Virus record (IMG/VR): IMGVR_UViG_3300029288_000055
Span: 1 to 64,000 of that record
Strand: one strand, 5' to 3'
DNA: 64,000 bases
Source of the DNA: a virus
Lineage: Duplodnaviria; Heunggongvirae; Uroviricota; Caudoviricetes
In this document: positions 1 through 7,872 of the stretch, one piece after another
Numbering within the stretch: the stretch's first letter is position 1
How the letters are laid out: every line of letters begins with the position of its first letter
Notes under the pieces: generated by a model
What the model was told of the DNA's origin: nothing
Databases searched by the model: none
What the model saw: only the letters and a program-made list of their open reading frames with translations
Program-made: the position numbers and the translations under genes

Positions 1-2
1 TG

Positions 3-839
3 TTTAAATAATTGTACTGTTTTTGCACCTATTGCTTTAGTAGCCTCTTTGGATTCAATAATTTCATTTTTGCCTTCACGATAAACATCTTCAATCATAG
101 CTTTAATTATATCACCCATAGATTCCATATTAACATCATTTGGAAATTTCTGAAGGATGTGCTGTAATCTGAGACTAACTACCCATTCTTCAGCAATTGC
201 TTTTGCGTCTTCAAGAATCTTTGCCTGTTCTGGACTTACTTCTCTCTTACTTTTGGTTTCCATTTGTTCATCTGGTTTGTATTTGCAGATAACCCTTTCA
301 CCATTATTAAGTCTCATTTCAACAAGTGGACGAAGAACTATACCTTCACGTTTCTTTGGTTCTGTAATACCATTGCGAACTGCCTGTACTGACGGTGCAT
401 CCCTTAATGCCGTAAGATTTTCAAGATTTACTTCAATTTTGTCGTAATGAACGAACTCCAAACCAAGTTTGGTACAAACGTCTTCAGCGTTTGGCACATT
501 GAGCCAATTGTCACCAACTTTAACATCAAAGCCAATGAATTTAAGGTCTTTGCCGTAAGTGTGTGACATGCCCTGCTGTTTGCCACCATATGCTTCACCA
601 AATATAACCACTTCAATATCTGGAAACATTTCAGTTAATTTATCTTTCAATAAACCGATATTGAATAAATTACAGAATTTTTCGTGACTTTCACCACCTG
701 CGAAAAAATGAAGTGTCTTTGTTTCAAATTTCCAACCAATATGACTCGAAGTTCCGTGGATTTTTTCCATTGCATAACATTCTTTAAATAAAAGAATTTC
801 TTGACTTTTGTAAAGATTTTGTATGTGTAAGTACCCCAT
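3..839 (-). CDS. RNA ligase, Rnl2 family (3' end runs off window; missing from ORF track)
   Basis: Hand translation from ATG 839: MGYLHIQNLY..AMEKIHGTSSH (motif I)..IFGEAYGG (III)..FIGFDV (IIIa)..REGIVLRP (IV)..VICKYK (V), matching T4 Rnl2-type motifs. Confidence 0.85.
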   Translation of the reverse strand, partial: MGYLHIQNLYKSQEILLFKECYAMEKIHGTSSHIGWKFETKTLHFFAGGESHEKFCNLFNIGLLKDKLTEMFPDIEVVIFGEAYGGKQQGMSHTYGKDLKFIGFDVKVGDNWLNVPNAEDVCTKLGLEFVHYDKIEVNLENLTALRDAPSVQAVRNGITEPKKREGIVLRPLVEMRLNNGERVICKYKPDEQMETKSKREVSPEQAKILEDAKAIAEEWVVSLRLQHILQKFPNDVNMESMGDIIKAMIEDVYREGKNEIIESKEATKAIGAKTVQLFK

Positions 840-850
840 AATTAATTGAT

Positions 851-1099
851 TTATAATTTATTATATAATTGATTTTTATGTTTCTGTCTTTCTTTATCTT
901 TTAATTCTTTACCGTTTCTACCAAGATGATATTTGTGGCAAACCTTGCATTTATATGGAACGATTTTATGAATAACATGATCTTGAGAATTTATAAATTT
1001 TGCAACATCAATGGCTTCATCCTGTGTATCATATGCTTTTTTCGGCACAAATACCGGCTGAAGATTTTCATCATATCGTTCAAGCCTTTGGCATTCCAT
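851..1099 (-). CDS. hypothetical protein with CxxC..H Zn-binding motif
   Basis: YKCKVCHKYHLG; start moved to ATG 1099, which overlaps the upstream stop (TAATG). Confidence 0.65.
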   Translation of the reverse strand: MECQRLERYDENLQPVFVPKKAYDTQDEAIDVAKFINSQDHVIHKIVPYKCKVCHKYHLGRNGKELKDKERQKHKNQLYNKL

Positions 1100-1272
1100 T
1101 ATTTTAACCTTAACATAAATAAACAATCCGACCTATGGATACCGTCATAACAGCCACAATATTCACATTTTTTACCCAACGATAATTTTGCTTCAGTAAT
1201 TACCTTTCTTAAAGGTTCAAAAATATCTTCGGTTTTTTTTGTGCCTGTGTTATCTTCTTTTTCCTTTTCCAT
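1099..1272 (-). CDS. 57-aa hypothetical protein (CxxC..H..C), not in ORF track
   Basis: MEKEKEDN..KKCEYCGCYDGIHRSDCLFMLRLK*; TAATG coupling to the next gene. Confidence 0.6.
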   Translation of the reverse strand: MEKEKEDNTGTKKTEDIFEPLRKVITEAKLSLGKKCEYCGCYDGIHRSDCLFMLRLK

Positions 1273-1277
1273 TATTT

Positions 1278-1487
1278 TTAATCAACAATTTCATTATTCA
1301 TTTCTAAATTATCATCAGGTGACAAATACATTGCTCTGCATTTAACCACATTTGAATATCCAGTAAAATCAATATAATTAGCACCTTTTGCTTTAATGTG
1401 ATTCAACCATTTTATCACATCATCGATTTTATGAAATTCATTAGTTTCAAATCTTTTACGGTTATTTTTATTAAATTCTTTTCTCAT
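1278..1487 (-). CDS. hypothetical protein
   Basis: ORF track; likely start MRKEFNK at 1487. Confidence 0.55.
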   Translation of the reverse strand: MRKEFNKNNRKRFETNEFHKIDDVIKWLNHIKAKGANYIDFTGYSNVVKCRAMYLSPDDNLEMNNEIVD

Positions 1488-1492
1488 AATAA

Positions 1493-1724
1493 TTTTAATT
1501 AAAAACAAGTTTAATCTTAATTATTTCAATATCGTTTATAGTTAATTCCCAATCCAAAGTTTCTTTCTCATATTCATTAATAATATTCCAAAGCCAAATT
1601 TTACATTCTTCTTTTGTTGGTTCTTTTTCAAAAGAAAATATTTTATTATTCTGAAAATTATTAAACAATATGTAATTAATTTTAAATTTTTCCATATTAC
1701 CAATTTTTAATTAAAAACAAGTTT
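1493..1724. repeat. 20-bp direct repeat TTTTAATTAAAAACAAGTTT at 1493-1512 and 1705-1724
   Basis: Exact copies bracketing ORF 1495..1695. Confidence 0.85.
1495..1695 (-). CDS. hypothetical protein
   Basis: ORF track, 66 aa. Confidence 0.55.
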   Translation of the reverse strand: MEKFKINYILFNNFQNNKIFSFEKEPTKEECKIWLWNIINEYEKETLDWELTINDIEIIKIKLVFN

Positions 1725-1918
1725 CATTTATCAAACTTGCAAAGTTAGGTTTAGTCGCCAACTTTCCTTTGTAACGGTGCTTCCTTTGCCAATCGTAAAA
1801 GTTCATGACCTTAAAGTTCATGAACTTATTACAATCAACCATTTTCCTGTGGCATGTTATTCGTCATTTGAACACGCAGCCATCGTGTTAGTAATCGAGC
1901 GCAAGATAAGGATTCGAA
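1715..1918 (-). ncRNA. tRNA 3'-end remnant followed by structured non-coding RNA and a terminator-like hairpin
   Basis: Minus strand: TTCGAATCCTTATCTTGCGCTC (T-loop plus acceptor-like end); hairpins AACACG/CGTGTT, AAGTTCATGA/TCATGAACTT, AAAGTT/AACTTT; then CAAGTTT/AAACTTG followed by TTTTT. Confidence 0.5.
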
Positions 1919-1953
1919 AATTAATATCCAAGTATTTATATAAAAATTTTCAC

Positions 1954-2787
1954 ATGAAACTAAATTTTACTGAAATTGAATATCAAAACACCAAATCAGA
2001 AGAATTATTATCTTGTTTATGCTATTCTTGTAATAAACCATTTAAAACATTTAAAAAAAATATAACCAGAGAATTAAAACACAATATGGGAATAAATAAA
2101 TTTTGTTCAAAAAAATGTCAAGGAGTATATTATACTAATAAAAACACAATAAAAACAAAGTGTAAATGTTGTAATACTGTAATGATTATACCATTATCTC
2201 AATATAAAAACTCTAAATCTGGAAATCATTTTTGTTCACGTAGTTGTGCAGCTACATATAATAGTCCACAAAGAATCTATAAAAATACTATTAAAACTAA
2301 ATGTAAAAATTGTAATAAAGAAATTAAAGTAATATTTTCTGCACATAAAAAATCTAAGTCTGGTAATCATTTTTGTTCACAGTCTTGTGCTGCTACGTAT
2401 AATAATAAACATAAAACTACAGGTAATCGAAGATCAAAACTTGAAAAGTATCTTGAAAAAGAATTAATTAATTTATATCCCAATTTAGAAATTAATTTCA
2501 ATGGAAAAATAACCATTAACTCTGAATTAGATATCTACATTCCTTCGCTTAAACTTGCATTTGAGCTTAATGGTATTTTTCATTATGAGCCAATATTTGG
2601 TCAAGAAAAATTATGCCAAATTCAGAATAACGATAATCGTAAATTTCAAGCCTGTTTAGAAAAGAATATTGAATTGTGTATTATTGATACTTCATCACTT
2701 TCCTATTTTAAAGAACATAATGCACAGAAATATTTAAACATTATTATAGCAATAATAAGCAATAAATCGAAAATAATTACTAAGTGA
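1954..2787 (+). CDS. putative free-standing homing endonuclease: CxxC..FCSxxC Zn repeats plus C-terminal PD-(D/E)XK (Vsr/DUF559-like) domain
   Basis: 47-aa tandem repeat KNTIKTKC..GNHFCSxSCAATYN (141-nt period); SKLE..ELDIYIPSLKLAFELNGIFHY; likely start ATG 1954, 14 nt after GTATTTATA. Confidence 0.8.
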   Translation: MKLNFTEIEYQNTKSEELLSCLCYSCNKPFKTFKKNITRELKHNMGINKFCSKKCQGVYYTNKNTIKTKCKCCNTVMIIPLSQYKNSKSGNHFCSRSCAATYNSPQRIYKNTIKTKCKNCNKEIKVIFSAHKKSKSGNHFCSQSCAATYNNKHKTTGNRRSKLEKYLEKELINLYPNLEINFNGKITINSELDIYIPSLKLAFELNGIFHYEPIFGQEKLCQIQNNDNRKFQACLEKNIELCIIDTSSLSYFKEHNAQKYLNIIIAIISNKSKIITK

Positions 2788-2957
2788 TTGGAACAGGATT
2801 CGAACCCGTACCTAATGGTTTCCAGAATTACTTCTTTTGTTCATCCATTAGCATGCTACATACTGACTTTGCTTCGTTTACACTGACAAGGTTCTGCGTG
2901 TATGTATCTTTGGAACGACTCTTCACAAGACATGGCACATCCACTTCGCTTCCAATC
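2785..2957 (-). ncRNA. expanded tRNA-like RNA (~173 nt)
   Basis: Acceptor GATTGGA/TCCAATC + A73; T arm ACGGG-TTCGAAT-CCTGT; long variable arm CTAATGG/CCATTAG; enlarged anticodon region with TACATAC/GTATGTA; no encoded CCA. Confidence 0.6.
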
Positions 2958-3260
2958 ATTTTGAAAAACCTTTCTGTCTGTTTCCATGCAGAATACCTAT
3001 ATGTGCCCAAACCCACATACTCCGTGCCTTGCGTGGCAAGTATCTGATAACAAACACCGTTCTTTAGAATAGAACATATAAGTGAAACGACTGTTTTCAT
3101 GGTGTAGGCTCTTATGAACACTCCTACGACCTATAACGCAGAACTTACTGTTTGGTTCTCAGCAGAAAGATTTAATCTTTAAAGTGATTTCTACCTCTGA
3201 CATGGGACTGTACACATCCACAACTTGCGGGCATCTTAACCTGATTCGGCAATCACTTTA
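2958..3260 (-). ncRNA. structured non-coding RNA region (possibly one ~475-nt RNA together with 2785-2957)
   Basis: GC-richer than flanks; helices TAAAGTGATT/AATCACTTTA, GTAGG/CCTAC, CTTATATGT/ACATATAGG, TGCC/GGCA, TTCTG/CAGAA with GAAA loop; GTTCTGCGT (3136-3144) is complementary to ACGCAGAAC (2891-2899). Confidence 0.5.
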
Positions 3261-3278
3261 GCTTTTCAAAGAACTTTG

Positions 3279-3384
3279 AGCGCAGTCTGGGATTTGAACC
3301 CACAAGACAGCGATACTTCGGTGCACCTTTTCTACTGTCTACCATCCCTTGTGGGGAGTGCTGTACCAATTGAGCCACCCACGC
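3279..3384 (-). tRNA. atypical/pseudo-tRNA (106 nt), anticodon not assignable
   Basis: GCGTGGG TG GCTCAATTGGTACAGC (D arm) ..TCCC-CACAA-GGGA.. AGACAG/CTGTCT 36-nt variable arm.. GTGGG TTCAAAT CCCAG ACTGCGC T; mismatches in several stems. Confidence 0.6.
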
Positions 3385-3394
3385 ATTTCAATTA

Positions 3395-3424
3395 CAAATA
3401 TACTACATTAAAGTAGATTCGCAA
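3395..3424 (-). promoter_or_regulatory. Bacteroidota housekeeping-type promoter driving the RNA island
   Basis: Minus strand TTGC-N18-TATATTTG, about 10 nt upstream of the tRNA-like 5' end. Confidence 0.65.
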
Positions 3425-3812
3425 TGTATTTTATACTTTTTTCTGCATTATCCATTTCTTTTTTTATGAACGGCAGAATTTTTGCTTTACTATTTTCGTC
3501 AAATAACCTGTCACCAGTTTCTGTGAAATAGATTCTCAATAAAGAAACTAAATTAAGTGGTGGACTAAGTTTGTTGCGTATATCAGAACCTACGGTATTG
3601 ATTTCAAATGTTTCAAATTCAACAAGTTCATAATCATCAAAATTAAAATCTGCTGGAAATTTACCTACATAAACTTGTTTCATTAAATCAATGGTAGCTG
3701 TTAATGGTTGTGGATTGGGTAATTCTGATGTAAAAACTACATTCATCCCACCGAATTCTTGTATTTCTACAAATTCTTTTGTTTCTTTTTTTCTAAGTGC
3801 TTTAAATTTCAT
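3408..3812 (-). CDS. hypothetical protein
   Basis: ORF track, operon packing. Confidence 0.65.
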   Translation of the reverse strand: MKFKALRKKETKEFVEIQEFGGMNVVFTSELPNPQPLTATIDLMKQVYVGKFPADFNFDDYELVEFETFEINTVGSDIRNKLSPPLNLVSLLRIYFTETGDRLFDENSKAKILPFIKKEMDNAEKSIKYIANLL

Positions 3813-3814
3813 AA

Positions 3815-4090
3815 TTAATCTTTTATTAATGGATTAAACATTGTATCAAATTCTTTTTCTGTCAAAAAATTATCTAATTTTGCATTATGAAATTTTATGG
3901 GAGTATCTGCATTGTGTGCAATAATTTCTCGTTCTTCCAGATCAATCTCATCGATTATCATTTTATGATATTTCACATCCATTCCTTTTCCCTGTTCATC
4001 ATAAATGGTATCACCGACTTTAAGTGCTCTCCAACGTTTATCTTCTTCGACAAACTTTGTCATAATTTTACTAAATTCTCTTGGTTTCAT
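3815..4090 (-). CDS. hypothetical protein
   Basis: ORF track, ATGA overlap with upstream gene. Confidence 0.65.
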   Translation of the reverse strand: MKPREFSKIMTKFVEEDKRWRALKVGDTIYDEQGKGMDVKYHKMIIDEIDLEEREIIAHNADTPIKFHNAKLDNFLTEKEFDTMFNPLIKD

Positions 4091-4308
4091 TCTGGTAAGA
4101 TATTTTTATATTTAAACACATCAAAAACTGTATTTTCTATGTTTTGTAGTGCTTCGCTTTGTGTTTTACCCTGTGATATAATATCAGGGAATTCTTTAAA
4201 GTATACTGTAAAGCCACCAACAACCTTATCTTCCACTAAGATTGGTGTAACAGGAATCTCGATATTAATCGGATTCATTTCAATTTTAACTGATTTAATA
4301 GAACTCAT
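4087..4308 (-). CDS. HicB-like antitoxin domain protein
   Basis: GGFTVYFKEFPDIISQGKTQSEALQNI matches the HicB N-terminal signature. Confidence 0.75.
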   Translation of the reverse strand: MSSIKSVKIEMNPINIEIPVTPILVEDKVVGGFTVYFKEFPDIISQGKTQSEALQNIENTVFDVFKYKNILPE

Positions 4309-4595
4309 TTTATGTCCTCCTTTTTTACTCTAAACGAATGCCCATTATCACGAGCATTGTTCTTTATTTCATCCTTTAATTTTTTTCCTATGCGTTCTGC
4401 AGCAATTCGTGCATTTACACACCAACGCAAATCTTCTTTAGTGTATGGTTGACCATTAAGAATTGCAATACCTTCCCAGACATTTCTACCTTTTGGTGAT
4501 ATACCTTCAACTTGCTTTAATTCAATAAGCAAATTCAAATCTTTTGGCTCTCTATCAAGAGTGTAAGATAATTTATAACTGCCTTTAAGTTCCAT
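4305..4595 (-). CDS. hypothetical protein
   Basis: ORF track. Confidence 0.65.
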   Translation of the reverse strand: MELKGSYKLSYTLDREPKDLNLLIELKQVEGISPKGRNVWEGIAILNGQPYTKEDLRWCVNARIAAERIGKKLKDEIKNNARDNGHSFRVKKEDIK

Positions 4596-4597
4596 AA

Positions 4598-5062
4598 TTA
4601 ATCGTCATTTATGTTGTTTAATTCCCAAACAAATAATAATTCTCTATTAAATCTACTGTCACATCTGGAGCATGAGATTGTTTTTCTTCGATGCCTTAAA
4701 ATCACTCTCCCACACCTTGGACAAGTACCTTTATATTTCGGCATAACATGTGCTTCACCGTGATATAATCTTTCACCATTACACCCAATTTCAATTGCTT
4801 TTTGTCGCCAAACATTATTATGACCATTTTTTCTACCAACGAGTCCATGTGCAATTTCATGTAATATGGTATCTCTGATTTCATCTTCGGTATATGAAGA
4901 AAGTTGTAAATAATTTTTTGACAACGAAATGGTTTTCTTTTTATGACTACAAAAGCCTAACCTGCTTCGAGCATTATCAAAAGCAAATCTCCAGACCAGA
5001 GTTGAAAGACCATGCTTTTGCATTAATGTTATTGCCAATATTTTTACTTCATTTTCAGTCAT
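4598..5062 (-). CDS. SprT-like zinc metalloprotease
   Basis: RLGFC..TILHEIAH..GH..W plus C-terminal CxxC/CxxC ribbon. Confidence 0.9.
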   Translation of the reverse strand: MTENEVKILAITLMQKHGLSTLVWRFAFDNARSRLGFCSHKKKTISLSKNYLQLSSYTEDEIRDTILHEIAHGLVGRKNGHNNVWRQKAIEIGCNGERLYHGEAHVMPKYKGTCPRCGRVILRHRRKTISCSRCDSRFNRELLFVWELNNINDD

Positions 5063-5066
5063 AACA

Positions 5067-6242
5067 TTATATATCTACTCTAAAGCGTAATGCAACTGGA
5101 AAACGTGGTTTTTTATTTTTTCTTGTATAACCCTGATATTGAACAGTAACAATTTTTCCAACAACTTTTGATTTATCATCGGCATATAATTTAAGATCAT
5201 CCATTTTACCTTTGAGTTTTACATCAAATGTCACTCCTTCAGGTAATTGCTGATCGTCTCTGGTTCTTTCACAAACAAATACAGCTTTACCCGCCATAAT
5301 GCCTTTATTACCAACTTTTATATCAACAATACGGAATTCATCATCATCAAATACTTTGACTTTCTGCAAGTCATATGAACGTTTATTCACATACTTTCCA
5401 TCGAAATTTCTAACAATAGCACCTTCATATCCCATTTCCATGAAATCTTCATATGCTTGCATCAATTCCTCTTTGCTGTTAACGATTCTTGTTTCAACAA
5501 TGTGAATTGGTGTATTTTCAAATTCAGGACGCATATTTTCCAGTATCAAATATCTTTCGTAATTAATCAGATTAGGGAGTGCCAAATCATAGACATGGTA
5601 TTGAATGTTTTCATAACCTTCTTGGGGTTCATCAGGTGTAATTAATGAAGTCAGGTCTTCAAAATTTTCTTTGTATTCATGATTGTAAAGTTCACCATCA
5701 AACCTGTCAGCAAGACTACAATTTTCAAGCGCATTTATGATATGCGGAATAGTCATAATTGGCTTACGAGTTCTTGACCACATGGTAATAGTACCGTTAT
5801 TATATTGGCTTGTGCACCTATGACCATCCAATTTTGGTTGTGCCAGTGCTGGAAATTTAATCTTATGCCCTTGCTCCCAAAACTTATGTGCAAGAATTGG
5901 GAATATACCGCCCTCAATAACACTATCGACTACACCTGCTTGAGCATCTTCAATAGTTTGAGCATAACCTTTTTTAAGCTGTTTTTCCCATCTGGCTTTA
6001 GCTTGTGCCAAGCCTTGTGTAATTGGTGTTGTTTCATTAGTTTTTCCAACATTTTTTCCTTCGAGAACTAATTCTCGACTGACCTGAATTTTACCACCTA
6101 CTTGTCCATATTGATTTATAATGTTTACATCACCATCAATGATAGCAACACTAACTTCCCATTCCTGAATTGCACCAGTAGTGGTTTTTTTGAAAAGTTT
6201 TGGTTCTGTTTTAAGGGGAATGCCCCAGATTTCATTATTCAT
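5067..6242 (-). CDS. ATP-dependent DNA ligase
   Basis: QPKLDGHR, FDGELY, YHVYD, GYEGAIVR, LQKVK, KPRFP. Confidence 0.93.
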   Translation of the reverse strand: MNNEIWGIPLKTEPKLFKKTTTGAIQEWEVSVAIIDGDVNIINQYGQVGGKIQVSRELVLEGKNVGKTNETTPITQGLAQAKARWEKQLKKGYAQTIEDAQAGVVDSVIEGGIFPILAHKFWEQGHKIKFPALAQPKLDGHRCTSQYNNGTITMWSRTRKPIMTIPHIINALENCSLADRFDGELYNHEYKENFEDLTSLITPDEPQEGYENIQYHVYDLALPNLINYERYLILENMRPEFENTPIHIVETRIVNSKEELMQAYEDFMEMGYEGAIVRNFDGKYVNKRSYDLQKVKVFDDDEFRIVDIKVGNKGIMAGKAVFVCERTRDDQQLPEGVTFDVKLKGKMDDLKLYADDKSKVVGKIVTVQYQGYTRKNKKPRFPVALRFRVDI

Positions 6243-7015
6243 ATTTCATTATTTTTAAGATACTGATTAAACCATTTATTAAGCATTGATGGATATTTTA
6301 TGTCATTAAAGCCATATAATCCGCAACTAAAAAAATCATGAGCTTCAATAACAAAAGTATGATAATCATTAACACCAATATCAAGAGTATATGCAATAGG
6401 CGCAGAATCACTTTTCTCAAATGCTGCTACCATTTCCTGAATTGCTTCAATTTTTGGAAACTTCATAAATTCACCGCTGTAATTTTGCAATCCAAGTATT
6501 TTACCTTCATATATAAAGGTGCGCCATTCGCTATCAATACTAATAAATTCAGATATCTGATAGTTACCTTTAGGTATTCCCCAGACATGATTTTTATCAC
6601 ATTGAAGAATTTCAGCAAAACCTTTAATTTTATCGTTACTTTTAACAAACCATTTACCATGAAGTTTTGCAATATCAACATCAGTACCATTAAATATTGG
6701 TCTATGTGAATATCGTGGTTCAAACAAACATTCAGGTACATTTATTGGCTTTGGTTTTAAACCATAGAAGTGACCCAAAAATTCTGTTACAAATTCAACA
6801 CTACCAACAGGCACGTAATTTTTGTGACAAGGCTTAAATTGTATTGGATATATATCATTAGGCTCAGTTATTTCAATATAATCAAGAAACTTAACCATGA
6901 TCTTATCTTTCTTGTCGTTACGATTTAGCCAATTCTTGAATCTTATAGACTCAAGCAAAGCAAAAGTGAAATCGTGTCTGATTTCTCCATTGATTTTTTG
7001 AATGAGAAATTTCAT
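6239..7015 (-). CDS. ATP-grasp domain protein (R2K/DUF4343-like)
   Basis: PVGSVEF, WFVKS..KGF, SEWRTFI, AYTLDIG, VIEAHDFFSCGLYG; start MKFLIQ at 7015. Confidence 0.75.
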   Translation of the reverse strand: MKFLIQKINGEIRHDFTFALLESIRFKNWLNRNDKKDKIMVKFLDYIEITEPNDIYPIQFKPCHKNYVPVGSVEFVTEFLGHFYGLKPKPINVPECLFEPRYSHRPIFNGTDVDIAKLHGKWFVKSNDKIKGFAEILQCDKNHVWGIPKGNYQISEFISIDSEWRTFIYEGKILGLQNYSGEFMKFPKIEAIQEMVAAFEKSDSAPIAYTLDIGVNDYHTFVIEAHDFFSCGLYGFNDIKYPSMLNKWFNQYLKNNEI

Positions 7016-7203
7016 AAGTATCCTGCTTGAGTTAATATGTCTTTTTCGTAATCTTCCCAAAGTTCAATATTACCTTTAATGTATTTTTTAACTTCACTGT
7101 TTTCAGTATCTGCTAAATCAGAATATAATGACTTAAGTATATCATTACAATTTACAAAAACTTGTCCGTCATTTACTTTTGAACCAATTCTCATATTTAT
7201 CAT
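7012..7203 (-). CDS. hypothetical protein
   Basis: ORF track. Confidence 0.6.
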   Translation of the reverse strand: MINMRIGSKVNDGQVFVNCNDILKSLYSDLADTENSEVKKYIKGNIELWEDYEKDILTQAGYL

Positions 7204-7260
7204 AATTAAAAGATTTTATGTGTAAAAAATTTTTTATGTTCTCTACTATGTTAAATTTAT

Positions 7261-7518
7261 TTATCTCTGGTTCAACCATTCTTTTGCTATTCTTGCGTCA
7301 CGTTCGTAAAATGTTTCAACATGTACTTCGCCACCACAATGATCGGTAAAAAGTGTCTTTAATTTATTTCTGAATGCTTCAAGTTCTTTTTCATTATCGA
7401 AATAAAAACCACCTTCAACATTATATGTTGTAGGGTTTTCACCACTAATAATTATGTGAAAACCATTAATTTTCATGATTTTTAAAAGATTGGTTAATAA
7501 TTTTTTTGTAATTTTCAT
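7261..7518 (-). CDS. hypothetical protein
   Basis: ORF track; start may be 7476. Confidence 0.6.
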   Translation of the reverse strand: MKITKKLLTNLLKIMKINGFHIIISGENPTTYNVEGGFYFDNEKELEAFRNKLKTLFTDHCGGEVHVETFYERDARIAKEWLNQR

Positions 7519-7523
7519 GCCCT

Positions 7524-7553
7524 TTATACGTATATGATTGATGAAAGGTTACA
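7524..7553 (-). promoter_or_regulatory. ECF-sigma-type promoter TGTAACC-N16-CGTATAA
   Basis: Identical boxes and spacing at 9077 and 13344. Confidence 0.75.
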
Positions 7554-7563
7554 ATATTTTATG

Positions 7564-7638
7564 CAAATATAACTAAATTATTATAATTGCAACTTTTTTC
7601 AAAAAAATTTGTTGATTAAATAAATTATATTACTTTTG
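7564..7638. promoter_or_regulatory. divergent Bacteroidota housekeeping-type promoters
   Basis: Plus: TTTG (7608)-N19-TACTTTTG (7631); minus: TTGC (7592)..TATATTTG (7571-7564); located at the strand switch. Confidence 0.7.
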
Positions 7639-7656
7639 TTGTTTAAAATAAACACA

Positions 7657-7872
7657 ATGGAAGAAATAAGAAATCATCTTGAAACGAAAGTGGAGTATAC
7701 ACAAAAAGAGTACGATGATATATACTATCATTGGTTAAATCTTAAAAATGAACTCCAAAGAATAAATGACAAATTCAAATCACTTGATGATTCGCTTGTT
7801 AAAGCAAAAAACAATCTGGATTATTATAGAAAACTATTAAAAGAATTAAACGAACACGAAAACATCCAATGA
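7657..7872 (+). CDS. coiled-coil hypothetical protein
   Basis: ORF track; start MEEIRNH. Confidence 0.6.
   Translation: MEEIRNHLETKVEYTQKEYDDIYYHWLNLKNELQRINDKFKSLDDSLVKAKNNLDYYRKLLKELNEHENIQ

Noticed and set aside
157-616. ORFs 157..447 (+) and 428..616 (-)
   Set aside because: Shadows of the RNA ligase frame.
1777-1953. N-terminal extension of the endonuclease ORF
   Set aside because: It is antisense to the RNA trailer; ATG 1954 sits at the standard distance from the GTATTTATA motif.
2784-3121. ORFs 2784..3047 (+) and 2828..3121 (-)
   Set aside because: They overlie the structured RNA; MIGTGFEPV is the typical antisense reading of a tRNA T arm; composition is atypical.
2785-3260. tmRNA, RNase P RNA or group I intron
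   Set aside because: No G3:U70 alanyl acceptor or tag ORF; no ordered RNase P conserved regions; the S-like GTACAGTCC has no upstream P7 partner.
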